Below, piece after piece: positions 38,348-48,295 of a stretch of 64,000 nt of DNA; position 1 is the stretch's first letter; each line of letters begins with the position of its first letter. Source of the DNA: an uncultured delta proteobacterium. GTDB taxonomy: Bacteria; Myxococcota_A; UBA9160; UBA4427. The translations under genes and the position numbers were made by a program. The stretch covers positions 928,001 through 992,000 of the forward strand of contig CAWGJT010000005.1 in the NCBI GenBank assembly GCA_963822965.1, written 5' to 3'. The notes below the pieces were generated by a model. It worked only from the letters and a program-made list of their open reading frames with translations. It searched no databases and was not told the origin of the DNA.

Positions 38348-39953
38348 TCAGTCGAAGAGGTTCTCGAGGTTGCTCTTGATGCGATCGGCGATGTAGAGCG
38401 AGAGCGCCTGGATGGTGTTCGTCGGGTTCACGCCGCCGGACGTGACGAAGACGCTGCCGTCGGTGATGAAGAGGTTCTTGACGTCGTGGGCGCGGCCCCA
38501 CTCGTTGACCACCGAGCGCTCGGGGTCGCGCCCCATGCGCGCGGTGCCCATCAGATGCCAGCCGGCCGGCGTGAGCGGCGCCTGGGCGAAGGTCTGGTAG
38601 GCGCCCGCGGCCTCCAGTACCTCGCGGCCCCGGGCCACCGCGTGGTCGAGCATCGCCAGGCTGTTCTCGCTGAGGCGGTAGTTGATCTTCGGCGCGGGAA
38701 TCCCGTGGCCGTCGATGAGCTCGGAGTCGAGGGTCACGCTGTTGCAGGCCTCCGGCAGATCCTCGCAGATGATCACCATGCCGGCGGTGCGGTCGAAGAG
38801 CTTCGCGAAGCCCTCGTGGTGGCGGGCGCCCCAGGGCACCATCCCGGTGGACATGCCGGTCAGCGCCGTCGCCACCGCACCCCGCCCGCGCAGGATCTCG
38901 AACGTGTAGCCGCGCACGAACCCCCGGCCGGGATCAGTCTCGTAGAACTCCTGGCTCATCAGGCAGCAGCCGGTGGGGCCCTTGTAGCCCTCCAGCGGCT
39001 CGTGGAAGACGCCGGTCACCATCGCATAGGGATGGAACATGAGGTTCTTGCCGACGAGCCCATTGCGGTTCGCGAGACCTTCGGGAAAGAGCTTCGAGGT
39101 GGAGTTCAGCAGCAGCCGCGGCGTGCCGACGCCGTTGCAGGCGACGATCACGATCTCGGCCTTCTGTTCCTGCAGGACGCCGTCCGCGTCGTAGTAGAGC
39201 ACGCCGTCCGCCATGCCGTCGTCGCGGACGGTGATCTCGCGCACGCGGCAGCGCGTGCGCAGCTCGACGCCGCGACGCACCGCCGCCGGCCAGTAGGTGA
39301 CGTCGGTGCTGGCCTTCGCGCCCTGGGCGCAGCCGGTGATGCACGGCCCCAGGTTGATGCACGGAGCGCGGCCCTCGTACTCGCGGGTGGCGATGGCGCT
39401 GTCCGAAGGCCACCAGTGCCAGCCGAGCGTGTCGAAGCCCCGTGCCAGGGTGTGGCCCACCTTGCCCAGGGGCACCGGCGGAAGCGGCACGGTCTTGGGT
39501 GGGTAGGCGGGGTCGCCGGACACCCCTGCGACGCCCATCATCACGTCGTTCTGTGCGTACCAGGGCTCGAGGGTCGCGTAGTCGATGGGCCAGTCGTCGG
39601 CCACGCCGTCGAGTGTGCGCACCCGGAAGTCCGAGGGGTGGAGCCTCGGGAAGTGCGCCGCGTACAGGATCGTGCTGCCGCCCACGGCGTTGAAGTTCGA
39701 GACGCGGATGGGCGACTCCCCGTCGTTGATCGGATAGTCGGCGGGACGGCCGCGCGTGTTCGGGGCTCAGGGCGAAGTCGCCCATCCCCCGGCTCTCCCA
39801 GTCGAGCCCGGTGCTCGGGTAGCTGGACGGGTCCATCCAGTCGCCCTGCTCGAGACACAGGATCCTCATGCGGGTATCGGAGAGGCTCCAGGCCATCGCC
39901 GCGCCGGCAGCGCCGGCGCCGACGATCAGCACGTCGACGGGATCGTGGGGCAT
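38348..39953 (-). CDS. GMC family oxidoreductase (frameshift near 39760)
   Basis: 'DVLIVGAGAAG', 'AVGGSTILY', 'C...G.C..GC...AK', 'VGKNLMFH', 'HLMGTARMG' and 'NPTNTIQAL'. Confidence 0.9.
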
Positions 39954-40015
39954 GTCGGGAGCGTAGAGAATGTGACCCGCGAGCGGTGCTACCCTGCCGC
40001 CGTTCCGGAGGCCCC

Positions 40016-40906
40016 ATGGCAACCCTCGACTGGTACGGCTGCGCCACCTTCCGATTGCGAACCTCGGGACTCACGATCTTCCTGGACGCCTACGTCGACC
40101 GCATCCCCGCGGCGGCCGGCCCCGGCCTCCGTGCGGACGACGTGGACGCCTGCGACTGGATCGTGGTCGGGCACTCGCACTTCGACCACCTCTACGGCGC
40201 CGAGCGCATCCTGCGGAACACCCGGGCCACCCTGATCGGCAGCTACGAGAGCGTGCGCGTGATGGAGGCCCAGGGCATTCCCGCGGACCGCATGATCTGC
40301 GTGGCGGGCGGTGAGCGCGTCGACCTCGGGCGCGGCGTCACCGTCTCGGTCTTCCCGAGCCAGCACTCGTGCGTGTGGTCCCAGAAGCAGATGCTCGGGG
40401 CCGGCGAGGTGTGCATCGGCGACCTCGGGCTCACCTGGCAGGACCGCGCCCAGCGCTTCCGGGAGCTGGTGGGCTTCTTCGGCTCGCTCTCGGAGGACGC
40501 GAAGAGCCACCTGCGCGCGGCCAACCAGGGCGACCGGGGCGACGGCGGCGCCCTCGTCTACCTGTTCGAGACGCCCGAGGGCTCGCTCCTCTACCAGGAC
40601 ACCTCGGGGCACTGGACGGGCATCCTGCGCGACCTGCGCCCGGACGTGGCCATCCTGGCCGCCGCCGGTCGGGGCAACGTGGACGGGGAGCCGATCCAGG
40701 GCTCCCTGGCGCAGTTCGTCGCTCGTCAGGCCGAGCTGCTGCGGCCCCGGCGGATCGTGCTCTGCCACCACGACGACTGGCTCCCGGGCTTCTCGGTGGA
40801 CACGGACGTGAAGCCCATCCGCGAGGAGCTGGCCCGCCGGGCCCCGCACAGCGAGCTGCTCGAGCTCGAATATCTGGACGGAAGCGAGATTCTCCCTCCA
40901 AGATGA
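40016..40906 (+). CDS. MBL-fold metallo-hydrolase
   Basis: 'GHSHFDHL' (HxHxDH), 'SQHS' and 'LCHHDDW'; GGAGG RBS. Confidence 0.88.
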   Translation: MATLDWYGCATFRLRTSGLTIFLDAYVDRIPAAAGPGLRADDVDACDWIVVGHSHFDHLYGAERILRNTRATLIGSYESVRVMEAQGIPADRMICVAGGERVDLGRGVTVSVFPSQHSCVWSQKQMLGAGEVCIGDLGLTWQDRAQRFRELVGFFGSLSEDAKSHLRAANQGDRGDGGALVYLFETPEGSLLYQDTSGHWTGILRDLRPDVAILAAAGRGNVDGEPIQGSLAQFVARQAELLRPRRIVLCHHDDWLPGFSVDTDVKPIREELARRAPHSELLELEYLDGSEILPPR

Positions 40907-40936
40907 GCGCGGTTCCGCCGGGCTCCTGCGAGCTGC

Positions 40937-41962
40937 TCAGGATCGGTCGAGGGCGCGCAGGACGTCCTCGAAGAAGCGCTCCTCGGCGTCGGCCAGCCGG
41001 CCCACCTGCTCGCCCGCGCGCTCGAAGAGCCCGGGATCGCAGTCGTCGCGCTCGCTCTGGAGCCGCAGCAGCTCGGCTACGTCGCGCCAGCCGGCCGCGA
41101 TCTCGTCCAGGCGCTCGGCCTTCAGATCGCGCCCGAGGCCGGGCAGGCGGACCGCTGCCTCGCGCAGGAAATCGGCCTCCAGGGAGCGGAAGAACGAGCC
41201 GCCGGCGCCGCGCTTCACGATCACCTGGTAGCCGAAGCGCGCCGCCCAGGACCAGTCCGGCGCGTGCTGCCAGCCCGCGAGCCCCCGGGCGAGGTCCCGC
41301 ATCGCCGGCAGGCCCGAGGGCAGGTCGTCGTCCGGCGCCAGCATCGCCCGGGCGTTGCGGCAGAGCGCCAGCGGGATCGCCTCGTCCAGCGGACGGCCCA
41401 GCGCGACGGGACCCTCGTAGTCCCCGAACTGGTTCTGGCTCGTCATGGGGTAGTCGGGGGCGTTGCGGGCGCGACGCAGCTCGTCGAACGAGCAGCGCTG
41501 GAGATCCTCGAACTTGCGGTCCGCGATGAAGACGACCCGGCTGGCGTCGTCGTAGCCCACCACCACGCAGCGGTGCCCGGGGAAGTGGCTACTCGTGTGG
41601 TGATAGCCGAGATGGAAGGTGTCGGTGGACACCATGACGGGAACTCCGCGCTCCAGGTAGTCGCGCAGGATGTGCCAGGCCGTGTCGTCGTCGGGCTCGA
41701 CGCGGTCGCGGAGCGGCACCCCGGTATTCAGCCCGAAGTCGCTCTCGAGCGTGCTGCTGCGCCCGTGGAAGAGGCGGGAGGGGCTCGCCCCCTCGAAGTC
41801 CAGGTAGAAGAAGCCGAGCCCGCTGGCGAGACCGAAGACCATCGGCTCGGAGAGCTCGATGCCGTGGTGGCCCAGCACGTTGCGCAGCGCGGTGGACGCG
41901 CAGTGCTCGCCCGTGCGGTGGCGGTAGCGCGGCACCATCACGGCCGGGGTCGCAGCGGTCAC
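40937..41962 (-). CDS. BtrH N-terminal/DUF4872 family protein (C39-like Cys-His fold)
   Basis: 'GEHCASTALRNVL.H.G..LSEPMVFGLASGLGF.Y', 'HFPGH..VVVGYD' and 'GAGGSFFR'. Confidence 0.8.
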   Translation of the reverse strand: MTAATPAVMVPRYRHRTGEHCASTALRNVLGHHGIELSEPMVFGLASGLGFFYLDFEGASPSRLFHGRSSTLESDFGLNTGVPLRDRVEPDDDTAWHILRDYLERGVPVMVSTDTFHLGYHHTSSHFPGHRCVVVGYDDASRVVFIADRKFEDLQRCSFDELRRARNAPDYPMTSQNQFGDYEGPVALGRPLDEAIPLALCRNARAMLAPDDDLPSGLPAMRDLARGLAGWQHAPDWSWAARFGYQVIVKRGAGGSFFRSLEADFLREAAVRLPGLGRDLKAERLDEIAAGWRDVAELLRLQSERDDCDPGLFERAGEQVGRLADAEERFFEDVLRALDRS

Positions 41963-43860
41963 CGGGAGACCTCCGAGCTGCGGAACCCCCGGAGGATACC
42001 GAGGACCGCGAGCCCGGCGAAGGCCAGCACCCAGGCTCGCGGCTCGGGAGCCGGCGTCAGGACGGTGACCCGAAGCCGCGACGGGCTCCCGGGCTCGTGC
42101 GCCGCGAGGGAGACCGCGCCCTCGTCCGGGGCGGCGTCCACCTCGAAGCCGAAGCGCGCCAGCATTCCCCAGTCCAGTGCGCGGCCCGCCGGCGCCTGCC
42201 AGGACACGGCGTTGCGCCCGATGGTGGCCGTCCAGGCGTTGTCCGGATCGTCGGCGAGACCGCTCGAGTCCACGGCCGTCACGGTCGTCCCGACCGGCCG
42301 GGGCACCCGGAAGCGCTCCACCTGCCGGTCGAAGTCGAAGTTCATGAGCGCGTACTCGTACCGGTGCACGCCGCCCCCCAGGTCCGTGGCGGCGGCGGCC
42401 AGCTGCAGGTGACCCTCACCGGGTTCGACCGTCCGACGTTCCGCGCCGGGGATCGTCTCGAGCACCGACCCGTTCGCGAACTCGCCCGCCGGCACGAAGC
42501 TCCAGGCGTCTCCCGACAGGAACGGAGCCACCGGGAGCCAGCCCATGCTGTTGAAGATGTCCACGTCGCCCTTCGTCACGTACCAGGCCTCGACGAAGTA
42601 GCTGGCGTCGAGCATGCCGAGGGAGTCGTCGGGCACCACGAGGCGGTGCTCGAAGGAATCGTGCCAGACCGTCGAGCCGTTCTGTCCGTAGTGGTCTCGG
42701 TAGTCGTCCGCGTCGTCGGTTGCGGGATTGCAGGGAGGCGTGCTCAGGGCGAGGCAGCGATCGAAGTGGGAGCCCACCCGCTGCCAGTCGCCGGTGTGGG
42801 CCGTCACCTCGTCCCGCGGCGCCAGGTAGAGGCGGTTCACGTTCGTCGATGCGCTGTAATCGTCCCCGCAGCCGGGATACAGGACGGGACCGGAGGCGCA
42901 GCTGCAGCCGAGGTTGAGGGCGCGGAAGGCGTGCTTGACGTCGCCGAGCCCGAGCTGCACCAGGCGACCGGCCGGGTCGAGCCGGTACACGGCCAGGGAG
43001 AGGTACGGGTGGGAGCCGACGGCGCCCCCCGGAAACTGCACGGGCGCGATGGCCTCGTACCAGGCGATCGAGCCCGGCCCGAGGTTCTCGAGGGAGGCGC
43101 CGACGGCGATCGCGACCCGCCCCCCTTCCTCGCGCGCCAGCTGGGATACCGAGTGCAGCAGGGTGAGGTGCACGTCCACCGGCAGGCCCGGGGTCTCGAC
43201 GCAGTCCGCTCCCGCGCCGGCGCCCGAGACGTCCTCGGGCGCCACCACCGCGGGCAGCCGCACGTTGGCGGTGCCCGCGAAGGCGCCCGCGAGGTCCGGA
43301 CGCCCCACGAGCGCCGCGAGCTCGGGCGAAACGTGGATCGACAGGTTGACCAGACGCAGCTCCTGGTCGGGGTACGACGCGGTGAACTGCATGGAGCGCA
43401 GGACGAAGAAGCGGCGTCCGTCGGCGTCGAGCCAGTCGAAGTCGTCGAGCCGCGCCTCCGCCGAGTCCCCCGGGCGAGAAGCCACTGCGAGCACGAACCC
43501 CCGCAGGTCCACGGGGGACGCGACGCCTCGCAGCTGCAGCACGAAGCCCCCCTCGTGGCTGAGCGCGCCGGAATCGAAGCGCTCGAAGTCGCCGTGGGGG
43601 GCGCGGAACTCGAGCAGGCTGGGGGGCACGCTGCGGAAGCTCGCACCCGGCGACTCCGGATCCTCGGCGCTCGGCTCGACGCCGACGACCTCGATGCCGA
43701 AGTCGCGCAGGGTTTCCAGGGAGAGATCGATCGAGGTGATCGCGCTCGACGCGGTCCAGCGATCGCCGTGGGCCCGGGCGGGCCCTGCGTTCGCGACGAC
43801 GAGCAGCAGCGCGAACGGGGCCAGGGCAGCGGGCAGCCAGCGACCGGAGCGGCGTTTCAC
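41959..43860 (-). CDS. Secreted Cys-containing protein with PEP-CTERM-like tail
   Basis: Signal peptide (…PARA|H), 'KHAF..LN.GCSC.....L.PGC.D.Y' and C-term 'TPAPEPRAWVLAFAGLAVLGILRGFR'. Confidence 0.75.
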   Translation of the reverse strand: MKRRSGRWLPAALAPFALLLVVANAGPARAHGDRWTASSAITSIDLSLETLRDFGIEVVGVEPSAEDPESPGASFRSVPPSLLEFRAPHGDFERFDSGALSHEGGFVLQLRGVASPVDLRGFVLAVASRPGDSAEARLDDFDWLDADGRRFFVLRSMQFTASYPDQELRLVNLSIHVSPELAALVGRPDLAGAFAGTANVRLPAVVAPEDVSGAGAGADCVETPGLPVDVHLTLLHSVSQLAREEGGRVAIAVGASLENLGPGSIAWYEAIAPVQFPGGAVGSHPYLSLAVYRLDPAGRLVQLGLGDVKHAFRALNLGCSCASGPVLYPGCGDDYSASTNVNRLYLAPRDEVTAHTGDWQRVGSHFDRCLALSTPPCNPATDDADDYRDHYGQNGSTVWHDSFEHRLVVPDDSLGMLDASYFVEAWYVTKGDVDIFNSMGWLPVAPFLSGDAWSFVPAGEFANGSVLETIPGAERRTVEPGEGHLQLAAAATDLGGGVHRYEYALMNFDFDRQVERFRVPRPVGTTVTAVDSSGLADDPDNAWTATIGRNAVSWQAPAGRALDWGMLARFGFEVDAAPDEGAVSLAAHEPGSPSRLRVTVLTPAPEPRAWVLAFAGLAVLGILRGFRSSEVSR

Positions 43861-43884
43861 GGCCCGAGCTTACCCCGGATCGTG

Positions 43885-46128
43885 CTATCCGCGCGGCCGG
43901 TTCACGAAGATGGGCGACGACCAGGCGCGCTCCTCGGTCTCCGACAGGCAGTCGTCGGAGCTCGGCCGGTCGAAGCAGGGGTGCACCTCCACGCATCGCC
44001 CGGACTCGTCGTAGCGGCAGCCGAGCGCGTCCACGTCCACGGCCAGGCTCGGCGCCTCGATGGCCCGCACGTAGTAGAGGGCGTCTCGGGCGGCGGTCGC
44101 ATACTCCTCGTCGCTGAAGGCCACCTGACAGCCTGCGGGATCCGCGGGGCAGGGCAGCACCTTCCAGGGATCGTCGATCAGCCCGCCGATCTCCTCGTCC
44201 GGGCTCTGCTGGGGACGGATGCGCACCACCTCGATGCGCGAGACGAGCCGCCGGCGGTCGGACGGGTTGTAGCATTCGCCCTGGCACAGACGGGCGAGAC
44301 GGTCCGGCTCCATGGCGTCGATGGCGTCGGCGGGACAGCCGGGCTTCTGCTCGAACGAGCCCACCGCCCGCACCTGGAAGATGGGGTTCCGCGCCAGGGA
44401 GACCTCGCTGCCCATGGGCATCGGCCGCCCGGCCGGCGCGTTCAGCAGGTCGAACCACAGCAGGATGCGCGGACCGCTGGTTCCGTAGACCTCGCGGCGC
44501 TTCAGCGCCTCCCAGATGGCGCCGCGGTCGCGCCCGGTGGCATGCACCGCCGCCAGCCCGCCGTTCAGGAAGAACGACGCCTGCCGCTCCGTCTCGAAGA
44601 CGAGGAAGGGCGCCTGGATGCTCGCGAGCTCCACCTTCTTCGATTCGGCCCGCGGCTCGCGGTCGGCCCCACGAGCCAGCGGGGTGTGGATGAAGTTGCC
44701 GAAGCGCGCCTCGGTGAACTCGGTGCGCGCCACCTCCTTGTAGCCGGTGCCGGGCCGGGCCGAGTGGTTGTCGCTCGAGGCGATGAACCCGAAGCGGAAG
44801 CGCAGGGGAGGTGCGTCGTCGTCCCCGTCCTCGTCCTTCCGGCTCAGCGCCATCATGTACTGCACGGAGCTCTTCGGGCGATAGTTGAAGGCCGGCTGAA
44901 AGCAGTCGCGACACTGGCCTGCGTCCTGCCAGTCGGCCACCTCCGTCCCGGGAACCGCCCCCGCACCGCCGTTGAAGGGAGCGTCGACGAAGTTCTGGCG
45001 CGCCTTCGCGGCGCGCTTCGCGCACTCGGCCGCGCTCTCCCCGGCCCCGAGACAACGCGCCTCGATGATCTCGCCGGCTCGCCAGCACGAGGGCAGGTAG
45101 CCCTCCTGCGGCTCGGGACACGACGAGGTGCCGTCCGCGTTCAGCTCGACCTCGTGGAACGGGCGGTACTCCTCGGAATTTCCGTGGCCCGAGAAGACCT
45201 CGACGATGCTCTGGCGAATGGGGTCTTGCTGCACGTGGGTGAGCTGCTTGTCCCACGAAGACCCGAGGGGCGTGTAGTAGCCCCAGGTGGTGCCGTGCGG
45301 GATCACCATCGACTCGACGCCCCAGTCGTCCAGCTTGTCGAAGAGCTGTCGGGGCGTGGGCGCCACCTCCCGGCAGTCCAGCGGAAGCTCCCGCACCGGG
45401 ACCCCGGCCGGGCAGTCCGGCACGCCTCCCGTCTCCGTCATGTAGCGGGCGAACGCGGGGCCACCCTCGTCGGACGAGGTCAACGCCAGCAGACCGAGGG
45501 TGAGCGAGGACGGGAGCCCCTCCGAGACGGAAGGCATGCCGGGTGGCGTTCCCGCGCTGATGGGTCGCGCCGGAATCCGCTCGTCGTCGAGGTGACGCAG
45601 GATGACGTTCTTGTGGCCCCAGTGGTTCGAGGGCTGGGTGCCGACCTGCGTCCACTCCCAGCCGAGGTAGGAGACGAGGTCCGGCGTGGCCGGGTCGCCG
45701 GAGACCTCGTTGCACTGGCGGATGGAATCGACCGTCTCCGCCCAGCGCCGCGGCGTCAGGGTGATGGCGTGGTCGGTGATGGACCAGAAGTCGAGGGCCG
45801 AGCAGTGGCGCGCGAAGTCGCAGGCATCGGCGACGGGATGGGCGCCGTCGCCCCCGGCCATGGGCAGGCTCATCTGGAAGGCGTCGAAGGAGAAGGTCGT
45901 GTGGACGTGGAGGTCGCCGAAGAGGATCTGCTTGGGTCGCGCCACCCCGACGTCGTGGGCGGCGTCGGCGATGGCCTGCGCGCGGTGGGCGACGACGCCC
46001 GGGCTGACGGCACGGGCCTCGGGACTTCCGGCGCCCTGCGGTGCCACGAACACCCCGTGCCCGAGCAGCGCCAGGGTGACGAGCAGGGCCGCGGCCAGCA
46101 GCACAACGACGGCGAAGGCTCGGAACAT
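43885..46128 (-). CDS. DUF3604 domain protein (PHP-like metallohydrolase), membrane-anchored
   Basis: '[15 protein letters not shown]', 'LDFWSITDHA', 'GWEWTQ', 'SSDNH.ARPG', 'YGTSGPR' and '[10 protein letters not shown]'. Confidence 0.9.
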   Translation of the reverse strand: MFRAFAVVVLLAAALLVTLALLGHGVFVAPQGAGSPEARAVSPGVVAHRAQAIADAAHDVGVARPKQILFGDLHVHTTFSFDAFQMSLPMAGGDGAHPVADACDFARHCSALDFWSITDHAITLTPRRWAETVDSIRQCNEVSGDPATPDLVSYLGWEWTQVGTQPSNHWGHKNVILRHLDDERIPARPISAGTPPGMPSVSEGLPSSLTLGLLALTSSDEGGPAFARYMTETGGVPDCPAGVPVRELPLDCREVAPTPRQLFDKLDDWGVESMVIPHGTTWGYYTPLGSSWDKQLTHVQQDPIRQSIVEVFSGHGNSEEYRPFHEVELNADGTSSCPEPQEGYLPSCWRAGEIIEARCLGAGESAAECAKRAAKARQNFVDAPFNGGAGAVPGTEVADWQDAGQCRDCFQPAFNYRPKSSVQYMMALSRKDEDGDDDAPPLRFRFGFIASSDNHSARPGTGYKEVARTEFTEARFGNFIHTPLARGADREPRAESKKVELASIQAPFLVFETERQASFFLNGGLAAVHATGRDRGAIWEALKRREVYGTSGPRILLWFDLLNAPAGRPMPMGSEVSLARNPIFQVRAVGSFEQKPGCPADAIDAMEPDRLARLCQGECYNPSDRRRLVSRIEVVRIRPQQSPDEEIGGLIDDPWKVLPCPADPAGCQVAFSDEEYATAARDALYYVRAIEAPSLAVDVDALGCRYDESGRCVEVHPCFDRPSSDDCLSETEERAWSSPIFVNRPRG

Positions 46129-46237
46129 GACCGGAAGACTCCTTCCTCTGCGGGACGGGCGCGCGTCGAGACTGCGCTTCGGGACGAACGCGCGAAGCGT
46201 GTATTCTCCTCGCGTGCCTCGCAGCGGCTCTCGCTAC

Positions 46238-48295
46238 ATGCTCCGCCTTCGCTTGCTATGCGGCCGGATGCTGCTCGCGGCGCTCGCCTCGATGATGGCA
46301 CAATCGACGGCGACTGCGGGTTCGGCACCCGACCCCGACCGGGAGGCGTCCGACTTCGCGCGCGCCTTCGATCGCGAGACGAACGGCGTCTTCTCCCGCC
46401 TGGTGGCGCACGGGGATGCCGCCGACACCCTGAGCCACTATGCCTCACTCGTGGCCGCGTGGGTGAAGATCGAGGATGCCTTCTACGAGGCGTACTCCCC
46501 CCACGCGAACACGCTGCCCGGCTGGTACGCGGAGCAGCTCGTCGCCATGGGGCTTGCGGACCTCGACCGTGGGACGCCCGGTGCCGAGGAGCTGCTGCGC
46601 CGGGAGCTCGAGAGCGGCGACTTCGACCGGGTGGTCCACGCCTTCTACGTGGTGAGCGTGAGCCGGCTGCCCCTGGTGCAGGGCGAGACGCCCACCCCCC
46701 TGTGGACCACGATGATCGACGTCGCGCGCGGCGACGCCGGGAACCGCTACTGGATCTCGCTCGCACTCGCCGAGTCGAAGAGGCTGCCGCCCTACGCCTA
46801 CGAGCGCATGCACACCAGGATGGCTTCGCCCACCGAATCCGTGCGCGAGCGCATCGGCCGCAACGCCCGGGCTCTCGGGCCGCGACTGCCCCGGGTGCTG
46901 GGCGTCGGACGGAACGACGTGAACGTCTCGCACCAGCTCATCGTCGATGCGCTCGTCGCGGCGGCGGCGCGGGTGCACGAGCACGAGCTGCTGGCGCTCG
47001 GCGGCCCTGCCGCCTATGCGGCCGTCCGGGACGAGCTGGCCCGGCTGGAGACGGGCACCTTCGATTCGCGGCGCTTCCTGGCCCTGATGAACGAGGACCT
47101 GCCGCTGCTGCTCGAGCACTTCGGGCTGCCCGACGACCCGGAGGCGATGCTCGAGACGCTGCGGATGTTGTGCCGCGGGCGCGGCTCCAACCGCATGCTG
47201 CTGTGGGACGCGGCAGACGACCTGGCCCGGCGCTACCAGCCGCTCCTGGCCGCGCGCCAGCCGGCCCCGCAGAAGGAGGCGCTGCCCGATGCGGCGGAAG
47301 TGCCGCCGGTGCTCGACGCCACCGGTCCCGAGGAGAGCCCGCACGCGGTGGCCTCGCGGGCGGCGCTCGCCGCCATCGAGGAGGAGCTCGCCGCGGTGGA
47401 GCATGCCGAGGGCTTCGAACGGGCCTTCGGCCGCTACCGGCAGGCGAGCGCGGACGGCCTCGTCCCCCGCCGAGGCCTGACCCCCGGCTTCGTGACCGAG
47501 CTCGCCGGCGCTGCGACGCGGGTGCTCGGCGCCGAGGCGGCGCGCGCCGACGTCCTGGCGGCGCGGGTGAACGACGCGACGAGCGTCCGCGACCAGGCGA
47601 GCCGCGAGATCGAGGCCGCCGAGGCCGAGGTGGCGCGCGCCAACGATGCCGTCCGCGAGGCCAACGCGGCCCTCGCCGCCGCCGAGGAGAAGCAGAAGGC
47701 GGAGCTCGCCGCCCGCAACGACGCGGTCGCCTCGCTGAACGCGCTCATCGAGCGCGCGGAGGCCGCCCGGCGGAGCGGCAGCGCCGACCTCGAGGCCGCG
47801 GCCGCGGCGAAGCGCGAAGCGGAGCTCGACCCCGAGATCCAGCGCCACGAGGCGGCCTACCGCGTCGCGGCCGCCGAGGCGGCCGCCGCAGAGCAGCGGG
47901 CGGCCGACGAGCTGGACCGCGCCCGTCGCGAGCAGGCGCGCGCTCGGGCGGCCGTCGATCGGGAGAACGAGGCCGGCGAGGCGCTGCGTCGCGCCGAGAC
48001 CGAGCTGCAGCAGAGCCGCGCACTCTTCCGCGAGATCGGCCGGCGGCTCGTCGCCGGCCTCGGCTTCGCGGGCGTGCGCGGCGATCCGGAAGCCGTGGGC
48101 GACCCCGCCCGCTCCCGCGACGAGCGGCTCGCGGGCCTGGCCCTGCTGCTGCAATCCGGTGGAGCGCTCGACGCGGACACGGCGGCCGCCGTCGAGCGGG
48201 AGCGCGACGGTGGCGACCCGACGATCGCCGCCGTGGCCGCCCTCGTCGGCCGCGTGCCGGCAGACATCCAGACGGCCGGCGCGCGAGCCCGCTAG
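46238..48295 (+). CDS. Hypothetical exported protein with helical N-terminal domain and long Ala/Glu/Arg coiled coil
   Basis: Signal-like N-term, coding-type codon bias, heptad-rich segment at about 47560-48020. Confidence 0.7.
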   Translation: MLRLRLLCGRMLLAALASMMAQSTATAGSAPDPDREASDFARAFDRETNGVFSRLVAHGDAADTLSHYASLVAAWVKIEDAFYEAYSPHANTLPGWYAEQLVAMGLADLDRGTPGAEELLRRELESGDFDRVVHAFYVVSVSRLPLVQGETPTPLWTTMIDVARGDAGNRYWISLALAESKRLPPYAYERMHTRMASPTESVRERIGRNARALGPRLPRVLGVGRNDVNVSHQLIVDALVAAAARVHEHELLALGGPAAYAAVRDELARLETGTFDSRRFLALMNEDLPLLLEHFGLPDDPEAMLETLRMLCRGRGSNRMLLWDAADDLARRYQPLLAARQPAPQKEALPDAAEVPPVLDATGPEESPHAVASRAALAAIEEELAAVEHAEGFERAFGRYRQASADGLVPRRGLTPGFVTELAGAATRVLGAEAARADVLAARVNDATSVRDQASREIEAAEAEVARANDAVREANAALAAAEEKQKAELAARNDAVASLNALIERAEAARRSGSADLEAAAAAKREAELDPEIQRHEAAYRVAAAEAAAAEQRAADELDRARREQARARAAVDRENEAGEALRRAETELQQSRALFREIGRRLVAGLGFAGVRGDPEAVGDPARSRDERLAGLALLLQSGGALDADTAAAVERERDGGDPTIAAVAALVGRVPADIQTAGARAR

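Noticed and set aside
40937..41962. Aminoglycoside or secondary-metabolite cluster implied by the BtrH-like gene and APH-like kinases
   Set aside because: No ACP, NRPS, PKS or sugar-biosynthesis genes are present, and the APH-like proteins belong to the COG2187 and ACAD10-like families rather than resistance enzymes.
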